64,000 bases of DNA from an uncultured Thermoplasmata archaeon (GTDB lineage: Archaea; Thermoplasmatota; Thermoplasmata; Lutacidiplasmatales; UBA184): positions 3,627-67,626 of the forward strand of contig CAWCRH010000003.1 of the NCBI GenBank assembly GCA_963797975.1, in the 5' to 3' direction. This document shows positions 20,674 through 30,478 of the stretch, in pieces; position 1 is the first letter of the stretch; every line of letters begins with the position of its first letter. A program made the translations under genes and the position numbers. The notes beneath the pieces were generated by a model. It was not told the origin of the DNA, did not search any database, and saw nothing but the letters and a program-made list of their open reading frames with translations.

Positions 20674-22185
20674 ATGGAGCACCGACTGGAGGCCGAGCTC
20701 ACGCTGAGCGGGCCGGTCCCTCACCCCTCGGCCGTAGGCCCGCTCATTGAGAGGTGCGCGGAGGAGGCGATCCGGCGGACCGTGGGCACCCGGGGCGAGG
20801 CGCGGCTGACCGAATGGAGGCTCGACAAGGACCGTCTCACGGTCGTCATCGAGTCTTCCACCGTTCGCCCTCACCAGGCCCTCCTCGCGATGGTAAAGCG
20901 CCTCAGCGAGGAGTTGGGTCGCTCGGAGAAGGTCGCGGTGCGCGCCTTCCATGCGGTCTCCTACCGCATTCGTCTCCTCCTCGACCCCCCGCCTAAGACC
21001 TCGCTGACGCTGCCCATCCCCAACAAGCTCCTCATCGATGGGAGCGAGGCGACGCTCGAACTCGTCGACCTTCCCGAGGAGGGGCTACGGGACAACTGGA
21101 TGGACCGTGCGGCGGCCCTCCTCCAGGAGAAGGCGCGGCGGCAGAGCTACGAGGGCAAGGAGCAGTTCTGGTCGCTCCTCTCCACGAGTCCTCAGCGCGA
21201 CATGCCCTTCCAGGCCGACCCGACCGAGGAGATGATCCATCGGCACTGGGTCCGCTCGGGCCCGACCAAAGGGAAATGGTTCTTGGGGCCCACGGCGGCT
21301 CACCTTCTGAAGGCGATGGCCCGTATCGCCCAGGAGGAGATCCTCCGGCCGCTCGGGTTCCAGGAGGTCGTCCAGCCCCATCACGACTCCTTCGAAATCC
21401 TGCTCAAGACGGGTCACATGGAAGGACTGCCTGGCGAGTTCTACTACGTTACCGAGCCGAAGACGCGCGACCCGGCGGCGTGGGAGCGGTTCACGGACCT
21501 CGTGAAGATAACCCGGAAGGTTCCCCAAGAGGAGCTCGCGCAGATGGTCGGGGGGCCCAGCGCCGTCAGCTGTTACGCGCAGTGCCCGACCATCTACTGG
21601 TGGCTGTCGGGAAGGACGATCGCGACCGAGAGCCTACCGCTCAAGATCTATGATGCCACGGCGATATCGAACCGGTACGAGAGTGGTGGCCGGCACGGAC
21701 TGGAACGCGTCGACGAGTTCCACCGCATCGAACCGGTCTACCTGGGAACCCCGGAAGAGCTTCTCAAGGTGCGGGAGGCCCTCCTCGAGCGGTTCACGCA
21801 CGTCTTCAACGACATCCTCGAGCTCGAGTGGCGCACGGCGTGGGTCACTCCGTTCTACATGCAACAGAGCGGCCAGGTCGGCGTCGAGGACTCGAAGGAG
21901 CACATCAAGGGCACGATGGATTTCGAGGCGTACCTCCCCTACCGGGGCGGGCGGGAGAGCTCGGAGTGGCTCGAATTCCAGAACCTCTCGATCATCGGCG
22001 ACAAGTACACGAGCGCGTTCTCGATCCGGGCGCAGAAGGGCGAGCTCTGGAGCGGCTGCAGCGGTATCGGCCTCGAGCGCTGGCTGACGGCGTTCCTCGC
22101 GCAAAAGGGACTGGACCCATCGGGCTGGCCGGCGGCGTTCCGCGAGTACGCGGGTGAGCTGCCGCGCGATGTCCGTTTCCTGTAG
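20674..22185 (+). CDS. serS: Seryl-tRNA synthetase, methanogen-type (type 2)
   Basis: 503 aa from MEHRLEAEL. Class-II aaRS with the blocks CYAQCPTIYWW, RYESGGRHGLERVDEFHRIEPV, EWLEFQNLSIIGDKY and ELWSGCSGIGLERW..FLAQKGLDP, ending ..RFL. The Cys-49 aa-Glu-109 aa-Cys spacing resembles the Zn ligands recalled for M. barkeri SerRS. Confidence 0.7.
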   Translation: MEHRLEAELTLSGPVPHPSAVGPLIERCAEEAIRRTVGTRGEARLTEWRLDKDRLTVVIESSTVRPHQALLAMVKRLSEELGRSEKVAVRAFHAVSYRIRLLLDPPPKTSLTLPIPNKLLIDGSEATLELVDLPEEGLRDNWMDRAAALLQEKARRQSYEGKEQFWSLLSTSPQRDMPFQADPTEEMIHRHWVRSGPTKGKWFLGPTAAHLLKAMARIAQEEILRPLGFQEVVQPHHDSFEILLKTGHMEGLPGEFYYVTEPKTRDPAAWERFTDLVKITRKVPQEELAQMVGGPSAVSCYAQCPTIYWWLSGRTIATESLPLKIYDATAISNRYESGGRHGLERVDEFHRIEPVYLGTPEELLKVREALLERFTHVFNDILELEWRTAWVTPFYMQQSGQVGVEDSKEHIKGTMDFEAYLPYRGGRESSEWLEFQNLSIIGDKYTSAFSIRAQKGELWSGCSGIGLERWLTAFLAQKGLDPSGWPAAFREYAGELPRDVRFL

Positions 22186-22246
22186 CGCGGAAACGCTCCG
22201 CGAGACCTAAGTGCTCTATCGACTTGCGTTCGAGTGAGAAGGGATC

Positions 22247-23991
22247 GTGGTCCGACAGGCGAGCCTGGACGCATACTCGGGCGACGAACCCCCCGCCGCT
22301 GAGCTTTCCGCTCCCCCCCGACGAACTCACCCTCCTGGCGTGGAGGGCGTCTGGAGGGTCGAGGAGGGCTGGCTCGCTCATCCCCTGCTACGGGCCCGCA
22401 CACTAAAGGCCTGGCCATTCCAAATCGACATGGCACGGATCGGCCTCGATGAGGACCTGGTCGTCGTCCTCCCCACCGGCCTCGGAAAGACCGTCATCGC
22501 CGCGTTGATCGCCGCGGAGGTCCTCCGTCGGTCTGATGGCAAGGTCGTGATGATGGCGCCCACCCGGCCGTTGGTACAACAACACTCGGAGGCGTTCACG
22601 CGATGGATGGAGCCGTTCCGAAAGGCGCGCTTCACGGGGACCGTGAAGCGACCGGTACGGGAGGGGGCGTGGGAGTCGAGCGATGTGGTCTTCGCCACGC
22701 CGGAGATCGTTCGGAATGACCTCGTGGCGGGGCGCTACGACCTCAAAGACGTCGCCCTGATCATCTTCGATGAGGTCCACCACGCGGTCGGGAAGTACGC
22801 GTACGTAGAGATCGCGAACCGCTTCCACGCCGAGCGGGCACACGGAGCCCATCTGCTCGGTCTGACCGCCTCACCGGGAGGGAAGGATGAGAAGATCGAG
22901 GAGGTTCTCGGCGTCTTCGGGCTTCCTCGCGTCGAGGCCCGCTCCCGCGAGGACGACGGTGTGAGGGAGTTCGTCCAGCCGGTAGACATCGAGCTCCACT
23001 GGGTCGACCTCGCGCCCGAGGTCCGCGAGCTCCGCGACCGGCTCGAGACCGCCTCGCAGGGGCTGGCACGTCGCTTGCAGAAGATGGGCTACCTGAGGAC
23101 GAAGCCCATACGCTCGCTCACGGTGAAGGACCTGATCAGCCTGCGAGCGGAGATCTTCGCCCGGCCGGGCCCGATGACCCGAAAATTTGCCCCCCTCTAC
23201 TTCCAGCTGATCCTCCTGCACCTCTTCCACGCGCTCGAGCGCCTCGAGACGCAGGGGGCACGTCCCTTCGTCCAGTGACGTGGCCCGGGTTGCCGAGAAG
23301 GAGAAACCGAGCCGGGGGGACAGGGCGTTCCTCGCCCTCCCCGAGGTGATCAGCTCACGCCGGGAGGCCGAAGAATTCCTCCGAACTGGACGGGCCGCCT
23401 CCCATCCGAAGCTCGCTGCGCTCGCGCGCATCGTGGAGGAACAGATCGCGCGCCCGTCCGCTCGTCCACCGCGCATCCTGGTCTTCGCGCAGTACCCGAG
23501 ACACCATCCAGGGGATCCAGACCCTTCTCGAGTCCCACGGCTACACCGTCGGCCGCTTCGTTGGGCAGGCGACCCGCGACCCCGAAGACAAGGGAATGAA
23601 CCAAGTGGAGCAGGGCCGGATCCTCGAAGCGTTCCGCGCCGGTCAGTTCCCTATTCTCGTCGCGAGCAGCGTGGCGGAGGAGGGTCTCGACGTGCCGGAT
23701 GTAGACCTCGTCGTTTTCTTCGAATCGGTGCCGAGTGAGATCCGGGCGATCCAGCGCCGGGGCCGGACCGGGCGTAGTTCCTTGGGACGGGTGATCGTCA
23801 TGCTGACACGCGACACGAGGGAAGTGCAGTACCAGGCCGCCGAGGTGCGGAGGGAGCGAGCGATGAAGCGTATCGTGCGTCGCATGTCCGCGGCGGCCCG
23901 GGCGCGAAAAGAGTCGGCCGTGGGGTCCACCGACCCTTCCCCCGTGAGGGCCCCGTCACCCCGCAGACCTCGGTCGGGCGGTGGAGCGTAG
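22247..23991 (+). CDS. hef: Hef/FANCM-like SF2 helicase (helicase domains only). Two frame breaks (about 23278 and 23496).
   Basis: Fragments are 22247-23278, 23280 to about 23496 and about 23497-23991. Motif I LPTGLGKT, motif II FDEVHHA, HPKL..ILVFAQY/RDTIQ.., VASSVAEEGLDVP and motif VI QRRGRTGR. Confidence 0.75.
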
Positions 23992-24198
23992 GACGCGAAG
24001 GGCTCCCGACCCCCTCCCGCGCACCGGGGGATCGACGGAACCGCCCGAGGAGAACCTCCTCCCCGACGAACCCGCGCACTCGGACCCTGGGCGGGTCGGG
24101 GAGATTGCCCACGGAACCACTACTTAATCCCAGCGAGCACGCCGTTACGGAGTCGGCCTTAAATCCCTCACTTCGGCTGCCCCGTCCCGGCAGGCACG

Positions 24199-24312
24199 AT
24201 GGACATCTGGTCGGAGGTCGAGGGAAGCCTCGGCCTGACAATTTTCACCCTCATCAGCGTCGGTCTCTGCATCTACCTCGCCTACTACATGATCCGCCCT
24301 CAGCGATTCTGA
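24199..24312 (+). CDS. kdpF: KdpF, small hydrophobic subunit of the Kdp K+-ATPase (37 aa)
   Basis: MDIWSEVEGSLGLTIFTLISVGLCIYLAYYMIRPQRF. One TM segment and the KdpF-like C-terminus YL.Y..IRP..F. It lies 12 nt upstream of kdpA and is below the size cut-off of the ORF track. Confidence 0.6.
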   Translation: MDIWSEVEGSLGLTIFTLISVGLCIYLAYYMIRPQRF

Positions 24313-24324
24313 GGCCGGAGGTTC

Positions 24325-26035
24325 GTGTTCGATCTCTCAAGTCTAGTCGACATCGGTCTCCTTCTCGCCGCGGCGCTGGTCATCGCGCCGTTCGTCGGGG
24401 GCTACCTCGCACGGGTATACACGAACCGCCCCGCCTTTGGTGACCGGTTCTGGAATCCGATCGAAGGGTTCGTTTACCGGGCCATCGGGACGTCACCGCG
24501 TCACTCCATGCGGTTCCGCGAGTACGCCCTTGGGCTTACCTTCCTCTCCGTCGGGATATTTGTCTGGATTTGGATGGTAGTAGGGTTCCAGCAGTACCTC
24601 CCCTGGAATCCGGGGGCCTTGCCCGGATTCACCTGGGACCTCGCATCGCACACGGCTGCCTCATTCCTCACGAATACCAACTTTACCCACTTCGCCTCGG
24701 AAGCGCAGCTGAGCCTCGGGGCGGCCCAGCTGGGCCTCGAACTCGCTGAGTTCCTCTCCGCCGCATGCGGCCTCTGTGTGGTCGCGGCGTTCATCCGGGG
24801 GTTCACGAGCCGGGATGGTACCCTCGGCAACTTCTACGTGGACGTGGTCCGCAGCATGACACGGGTGCTCCTGCCCCTCGCCTTCATCGGCGCGCTGGTC
24901 CTAGTCGCTACGGGTCTTCCCGAGACGTTCACAAGCTACGTCGCGGCCCATGGGCTCAACGGGACCCCCCAGACGATCTACCTCGGGCCCGTCGCCTCCT
25001 GGACTTCGATCGAGCTCATCGGGAGCAACGGGGGGGGGTGGTACGCCGCGAACGCGGCGAACACACTCGCGAACCCGTCGGCCGTCTCCAACTTGGTCGA
25101 GGTCGTGCTGATGCTCATCCTGCCGCTCGCCACCCCCTTCATGTTCGGCCGGATGGTGAAGCGGCCGAGCGAAGCGGCCCCGTACGTCGCCACGGTCGTG
25201 GTCATTCTCGTGATTGCGCTCGGCCTCTTCATCTACTTCCAATCGGCGGGCAGTCCGCTTCTCGCCTCGGTCACGGGGCTCTCTCCAGCGACCAATGGCT
25301 ATCCCGTCGGCCAGCAAGCCCAGGTACTCGTTCCCGGAAGCGAGCCTGTTCCAGGTCGTATCGGTCTACGGGAACGTCGGGGCTCAGAGCCAGGCGCTCG
25401 GAAGCATCACGACGGGGGCTCAGGTGGTCCTCTTCTTCGGGATGTTCACCCAAGCGACCCCCGGTGGCGTCGGCGTGGGGTTCGGGAACCTGTTGATCTT
25501 CGCCCTGGTCGCCGTATTCATGGCGGGCCTCATGGTCGGTCGGACCCCCGAATACCTCGGGAAGAAGGTCGGCAAGGACCAGATGAAGTGGTCCGCGGCG
25601 ACCCTCATCGTCCACCCGGTGATCATCCTGGTCCCCCTCGGGATCGCTTTAGTCGGTGGCTACGCGGCCGCCGCCGTCGGGCCGCTCACCTCCAACATCC
25701 AGGTCAACGCGCACCAATTGACCATCCTGCTCTACGAGTTCACGAGCGAGGCGGCGAACAACGGTAGCTCGATGGGCCCGATCAACGACGGGACCGTCTT
25801 CTACAACATCATGGGCTCGGGGATCATGCTCATCGGCCGCTTCTTCCCGATGATCACCATGCTCGCGATCGGCTCGCTCTTTTCACGGCAGGACGCGCTC
25901 CCCCCGACCTCGGGCACGCTCAAGACGAACTCGCTCACGTTCACTCTCTATCTGATCGCGATGATCATCATCATCTCGGGGCTTTTGTTCCTGCCGGTCC
26001 TCGCGCTCGGTCCGTTCGCCCAAGGAGGGTGGTAA
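24325..26035 (+). CDS. kdpA: K+-transporting ATPase subunit KdpA. One frame break at 25324.
   Basis: Fragments are 24325 to about 25323 (in ORF 24325-25767) and about 25325-26035 (in ORF 25214-26035). Blocks GSNGGGWYAANAANT, FMAGLMVGRTPEYLGKKVG and SSMGP are KdpA-like. Confidence 0.85.
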
Positions 26036-26038
26036 GCC

Positions 26039-28186
26039 GTGGCCGCGGACGAAGTGAATGCGCTGTCGGCGGCCACGGCGCCCCGGGCGCCACCCCGTGC
26101 GCTCCGCCACGCCTCCTGGCGTCGGATCATAGCCGACTCCTTCCGCGGGTTCGACCCGCGCCGTGAGATTCGACAGCCGGTGATGTTCGTCGTTTGGGCG
26201 TTCTTCCTTTTCCTGGCCTTCGTGACCGTCTTCCCCCAGCTCTTCCCGGACATCTATGCGACCTACAACGCGGAGTATTACTTCGACCTCACGGTCATCC
26301 TGTTCCTCACCCTCTGGTTCGCGCACCTGTCCGAGGGGATCGCCGAGGCCCGCGGCCGGGCGCAGGCGGAGAGCCTCCGCGAGATCCGCAGCGGCCTTTT
26401 CGCCCTGAAGCTCGAGGCGGACGGAACGACACGCTCGGTGCCTTCCGAATCGCTGAAGGTCGGGGACCAGGTCATCGTGGAGGCGCCGCGGGACATCCCG
26501 CTCGACGGCGACGTGATCGAGGGAGCCGCGCTCATTGATGAGTCGATGATGACGGGCGAGTCGCAAGCCCAACTGCGCGAGAGCGGAGGGGACCGCATCA
26601 GCGTTCTCGGGGGGACGAAGGTCATCCAAGGGAAGATCACGATCCGGGTGAGCGCGAGCGCCGGTCACTCCTTCCTCGACCGCCTCATCGCGCTGGTGGA
26701 GGGTCAGCAGCGCAACCCAACGCCCAACGAAATCACCCTCGGCGTTCTGCTCGCAGCCCTGACGCTCGCTCTGCTGGTGGTGATCACGACGTTCTCCGAC
26801 TTCGCGGGCCTCACCGGCGTTGTCACGATCAACATCGCCACCATGCTGGCCCTCTTCGTCGCTCTCATGCCGACTACCATCGGAGCGCTCCTGCCCGCGA
26901 TCGGGATCTCGGGGATCAACCGCGTGGCCCGGGCGAACATCATCGCGAAGTCCGGGTCGGCCGTCGAGGCGGCCGGGGACCTCGACGTGCTCATCCTCGA
27001 CAAGACAGGGACCATCACGGTAGGAAGCCGCCTCGCCGTCCAACTTCATCCTGCGCCCGATGTCCCCATGCCGGACCTCCTGCGGGCGGCGCTTCTCAGC
27101 TCCAGCCTCGACGATACGCCCGAAGGCCGCTCGATAGTCCGCCTCGCGGCCCGACGCGGCGGGAGCGCCGAGCGTCTCGAGCCCGGGACCTTCCAGGTCA
27201 TGCCCTTCACCGCCGAGCGGCGGATGAGCGGACTGGTCCTCAAGGATGGCACCGAGATGTACAAGGGGTCGGTCACCGCGATGGCTGCCTACGGAGCGAC
27301 GATGCCCGAGCCGCTCAAGGAGACGGCCGAAAAGGTATCGCTCGAGGGAATGACCCCTCTCGTGGTCGCTGCGAACCGCCGGGTTCTCGGCCTCGTCGTG
27401 CTCAAGGACGTCATGAAGCCCGGGATCCGCGACCGGATCCGTGAGCTGAGGACGATGGGGATCCGGACGGTCATGGTCACGGGCGACAACCGGATCACGG
27501 CAGCGGCCATCGCGCGGGAAAGTGGCGTCGACGAGTTCGTAGCCGAGGCGAAGCCGGAGACGAAGCTCACGATTATCGAGCGCGAACAGAGTCACGGTCA
27601 TCTCGTAGCGATGAGCGGGGACGGCTCGAACGACGCTCCCGCGCTCGCCAAGGCGGACGTGGGACTGGCGATGAACAGCGGAACAAGCGCGGCCAAGGAG
27701 GCGGGGAATATGGTCGACCTCGACAACGACCCCACCAAGCTCATCGAGATCGTGTCGATCGGTAAGCAGCTCCTCATCACGCGGGGAGCGCTCACGACCT
27801 TCACGGTCACGAACGACGTCGCGAAGTACTTCGCCGTCCTCCCGGCAATCTTCGTGACCGCGGGCGGAGTAGCGATCGCCGGGATCGCCCCCCTCAACAT
27901 CCTAGGGCTGAGCGATCCCGCACTCGCCGTGCTCGCCACGCTCTTTTTCAACGCGATCATCATCCCGTTGCTGATCCCGATTGCGCTCTTCGGGGTCCGG
28001 TTTCGGCCCAGCCCGGCAATTGACCTGCTGCGCCGCAACATCGTTATCTACGGCATCGGGGGGCTCGTGAGCGCCTTCGTCGCTATCAAGCTCATCTACA
28101 TTCTTTTCGTGTGGGCGGCGGCCACGCCGACGGTCCTCGCAATCTCGCAGGCGATCGCTCACACACTCCCGATCGGAGGACTGTAG
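26039..28186 (+). CDS. kdpB: K+-transporting P-type ATPase subunit KdpB
   Basis: Motifs NPVMF-like QPVMFVVW, DKTGTITVG, MVTGDN and GDGSNDAPALA. 715 aa, intact. Confidence 0.92.
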   Translation: MAADEVNALSAATAPRAPPRALRHASWRRIIADSFRGFDPRREIRQPVMFVVWAFFLFLAFVTVFPQLFPDIYATYNAEYYFDLTVILFLTLWFAHLSEGIAEARGRAQAESLREIRSGLFALKLEADGTTRSVPSESLKVGDQVIVEAPRDIPLDGDVIEGAALIDESMMTGESQAQLRESGGDRISVLGGTKVIQGKITIRVSASAGHSFLDRLIALVEGQQRNPTPNEITLGVLLAALTLALLVVITTFSDFAGLTGVVTINIATMLALFVALMPTTIGALLPAIGISGINRVARANIIAKSGSAVEAAGDLDVLILDKTGTITVGSRLAVQLHPAPDVPMPDLLRAALLSSSLDDTPEGRSIVRLAARRGGSAERLEPGTFQVMPFTAERRMSGLVLKDGTEMYKGSVTAMAAYGATMPEPLKETAEKVSLEGMTPLVVAANRRVLGLVVLKDVMKPGIRDRIRELRTMGIRTVMVTGDNRITAAAIARESGVDEFVAEAKPETKLTIIEREQSHGHLVAMSGDGSNDAPALAKADVGLAMNSGTSAAKEAGNMVDLDNDPTKLIEIVSIGKQLLITRGALTTFTVTNDVAKYFAVLPAIFVTAGGVAIAGIAPLNILGLSDPALAVLATLFFNAIIIPLLIPIALFGVRFRPSPAIDLLRRNIVIYGIGGLVSAFVAIKLIYILFVWAAATPTVLAISQAIAHTLPIGGL

Positions 28187-28188
28187 GA

Positions 28189-28878
28189 ATGATCGGACCG
28201 AAGGATCGTTCCACCGACACCGGCCCGGCGACCCCGGAGATCAGTCGCGTCGTGCTCGACCGCTCGCCTCCTCACGGCCTGCGGACCCACGTTCGAGCCA
28301 CCGTCATCGTGGTCGTCCTCGTGGTCGTGATCGGGGGCCTCGTCTACCCTGCGGTCGTGACCGGTATCGCCCAGCTCCTAACGCCGGGTAGCGCCAACGG
28401 TTCCCTCATCTACGAGAACGGAACGGTCGTGGGCTCGGAACTGGTCGGCCAGAATATCAGTTCCCTGAACCTATTCTGGGAACGGCCATCGATGAACGAT
28501 TACAACACGACGGTCGGTTACGAGGAACCGAACGGTTCCACGGATCCGGGTCTCCTTGCCTACTTAAATGTGACCATCGCGTACATGATCCAGGATTGGA
28601 ACTGGAGCATGAACGTCACCTTGCCGTTCGACCTGATCAGTCCCTCGTACTCGGGGTTCGACCCGTACGTCGCGCCCGCCGGCCTTCTCATCCAGGTCTC
28701 GCGGGTGGCGGGAGCGATCCACAACGCCACCCAGGGTTCCTTCGACGATCTCGTCACGAACCTCACGGCCCTTGTGAACCAGCACATCGAGCAGCCGATC
28801 GGGGGGATCATCGGGACGGCGGTCGTCAACGTCGTGAGCCTGGACGTCGCCCTGATCGAAAGCCCGTGGTGGGGTTGA
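28189..28878 (+). CDS. kdpC: K+-transporting ATPase subunit KdpC
   Basis: Single N-terminal TM segment (VIVVVLVVVIGGLVYPAVVTGIAQLL) followed by SGFDPYVAP-type KdpC blocks. The ATG at 28189 lies 3 nt after the kdpB stop. Confidence 0.8.
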   Translation: MIGPKDRSTDTGPATPEISRVVLDRSPPHGLRTHVRATVIVVVLVVVIGGLVYPAVVTGIAQLLTPGSANGSLIYENGTVVGSELVGQNISSLNLFWERPSMNDYNTTVGYEEPNGSTDPGLLAYLNVTIAYMIQDWNWSMNVTLPFDLISPSYSGFDPYVAPAGLLIQVSRVAGAIHNATQGSFDDLVTNLTALVNQHIEQPIGGIIGTAVVNVVSLDVALIESPWWG

Positions 28879-28880
28879 CC

Positions 28881-29681
28881 ATGTACCGACGCCTCCTCAT
28901 GCCTGTCAACTCTCCGGCGGAGGTCGAGCCGATGATCCGCTTTGCGGCGAAGCTCCTCGATGCCGACGGCGAGATCCGGATGCTCCACATCATCCCGACC
29001 ACGACCATGCCCGCGATCGCACGGGAGTGGCGAGCGAGCGTCAACTTGGTCATCCCGGCGCACGAGGCCGCCGCGGTGGTCGACGTCCGCCTCGAGCCCG
29101 AGGTCCGGGCGAGCACGGACGTTCCCGGGGAGATCCTCGAGAGCGCGGAGACCCACCAGTGCGATGGAATCCTCCTGAGCCTCGGGGGCGACCGACGCAG
29201 TCGGAACCCGTTCGTCGGGCACACCGCGAGCGGCGTGCTCCACCACGCCCACACCGACGTGCTGATCTTGAACCGCCTCGCGCTCGCCAATCCCAAGATC
29301 CCCCGCATCCTCGTGCCCACGCTCCACGGGCCGTTGCCCGCGCGACTGATGCAGCTCGCTGAAGAGCTGTCGATCCACAGCAACGGTGTACCGGTCGTCA
29401 CGATCGGGCTGGGACCGAGGAGGGACGAGGACGAGGGCGAGGATCGGACCAGCCGGGGCGTGCCGACGCACCACCGGCATTCGTTCGTCTCCTCCGCGCT
29501 CCTCGCCCGCCGACGCCACCACGCCGACCTCATCTTGCAGAGCGCGGCCCGGGAACGCTACGGCTTTCTCCTGGTCGGTGAGGAACACACGCTCCAAGAA
29601 GGCCCCCCGCTCCTGACACGCCCGTTCTTGGAGGAGCTCTTCCGTAACGCCCCGTGCCCCGTCCTGGCGCTCCGCGCGTAG
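28881..29681 (+). CDS. Tandem universal stress protein (USP) domain protein, kdp-linked
   Basis: Two USP-like halves (..LLMPVNS....VGHTASGVLHHAHTDVLIL.. and ..ILVPT....LFRNAPCPVLALR). It starts 3 nt after kdpC. Confidence 0.65.
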   Translation: MYRRLLMPVNSPAEVEPMIRFAAKLLDADGEIRMLHIIPTTTMPAIAREWRASVNLVIPAHEAAAVVDVRLEPEVRASTDVPGEILESAETHQCDGILLSLGGDRRSRNPFVGHTASGVLHHAHTDVLILNRLALANPKIPRILVPTLHGPLPARLMQLAEELSIHSNGVPVVTIGLGPRRDEDEGEDRTSRGVPTHHRHSFVSSALLARRRHHADLILQSAARERYGFLLVGEEHTLQEGPPLLTRPFLEELFRNAPCPVLALRA

Positions 29682-29700
29682 TGCCCCCAACCGACCGTCC

Positions 29701-30474
29701 ATGGGCGAGCTCTGGTTCATCGGCCTCGGTCTGGGCGACGAACAGGACATGAGCCGTAGGTCGATCGATGTCCTGCGAGGGTGCGCCGCGATCTTTGGGG
29801 AAGAGTACACGGCAATCTGGTCCCCGGGCGCATTCGACCGGCTCGCCCGCGAGGTCGGCCGACCGATCGCCCTCCTGGCGAGGGAGGAGGTCGAGGACGA
29901 GCGCCCGATCCTCTCCGCCCTCGCCCAGGGCGGGAACGTGGCCTTCCTCGCCGTGGGCGACCCGTTCGGCGCGACGACGCACCTCGCGTTGAGGCTGGCG
30001 GCTGAACGCGCCGGCTATCCCACGCACTATCTTCCTAACGCGAGCATCCTGTCGGCCGCGGCGGGGACCCTCGGGCTGATCCCCTACCGCTTCGGGCGCA
30101 CCGTCTCGCTCCCGTTCCCCGAGCCGGGGTTCGAGCCGACCTCTCCGATCGACGCGATCGACCGCAACCGCCAGAACGGCCTGCATACGTTAGTGCTGCT
30201 CGACCTGCGACCCGCCGAAGGCCGGTTCCTCACGGCTTCCGAGGCGCTCAGCATCCTACGTGAGCGCGACGCTGAAGAGCGGGTCGTCTCGGGCCACCTG
30301 AAGGTCGCCGTGCTCGCCCGCGTAGGGCGAGCCGACCAGGCGACGTTCTACGGTCCGGTGGACGCGTTGAGGAAGCTCGATTTCGGAGCGCCCATGCACG
30401 CGGTGGTCGTCCCAGCACCCGAGCTGCACTTCGAGGAAGCGGAAGCCCTCCGCCAGTTCGATCTCGGTCCGTGA
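29701..30474 (+). CDS. dphB: Diphthine synthase (diphthamide biosynthesis methyltransferase)
   Basis: Blocks LWFIGLGLGDEQDMS, AFLAVGDPFGATTH and GLHTLVLLD. Tetrapyrrole-methylase fold typical of DphB. Confidence 0.8.
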   Translation: MGELWFIGLGLGDEQDMSRRSIDVLRGCAAIFGEEYTAIWSPGAFDRLAREVGRPIALLAREEVEDERPILSALAQGGNVAFLAVGDPFGATTHLALRLAAERAGYPTHYLPNASILSAAAGTLGLIPYRFGRTVSLPFPEPGFEPTSPIDAIDRNRQNGLHTLVLLDLRPAEGRFLTASEALSILRERDAEERVVSGHLKVAVLARVGRADQATFYGPVDALRKLDFGAPMHAVVVPAPELHFEEAEALRQFDLGP

Positions 30475-30478
30475 CTAT

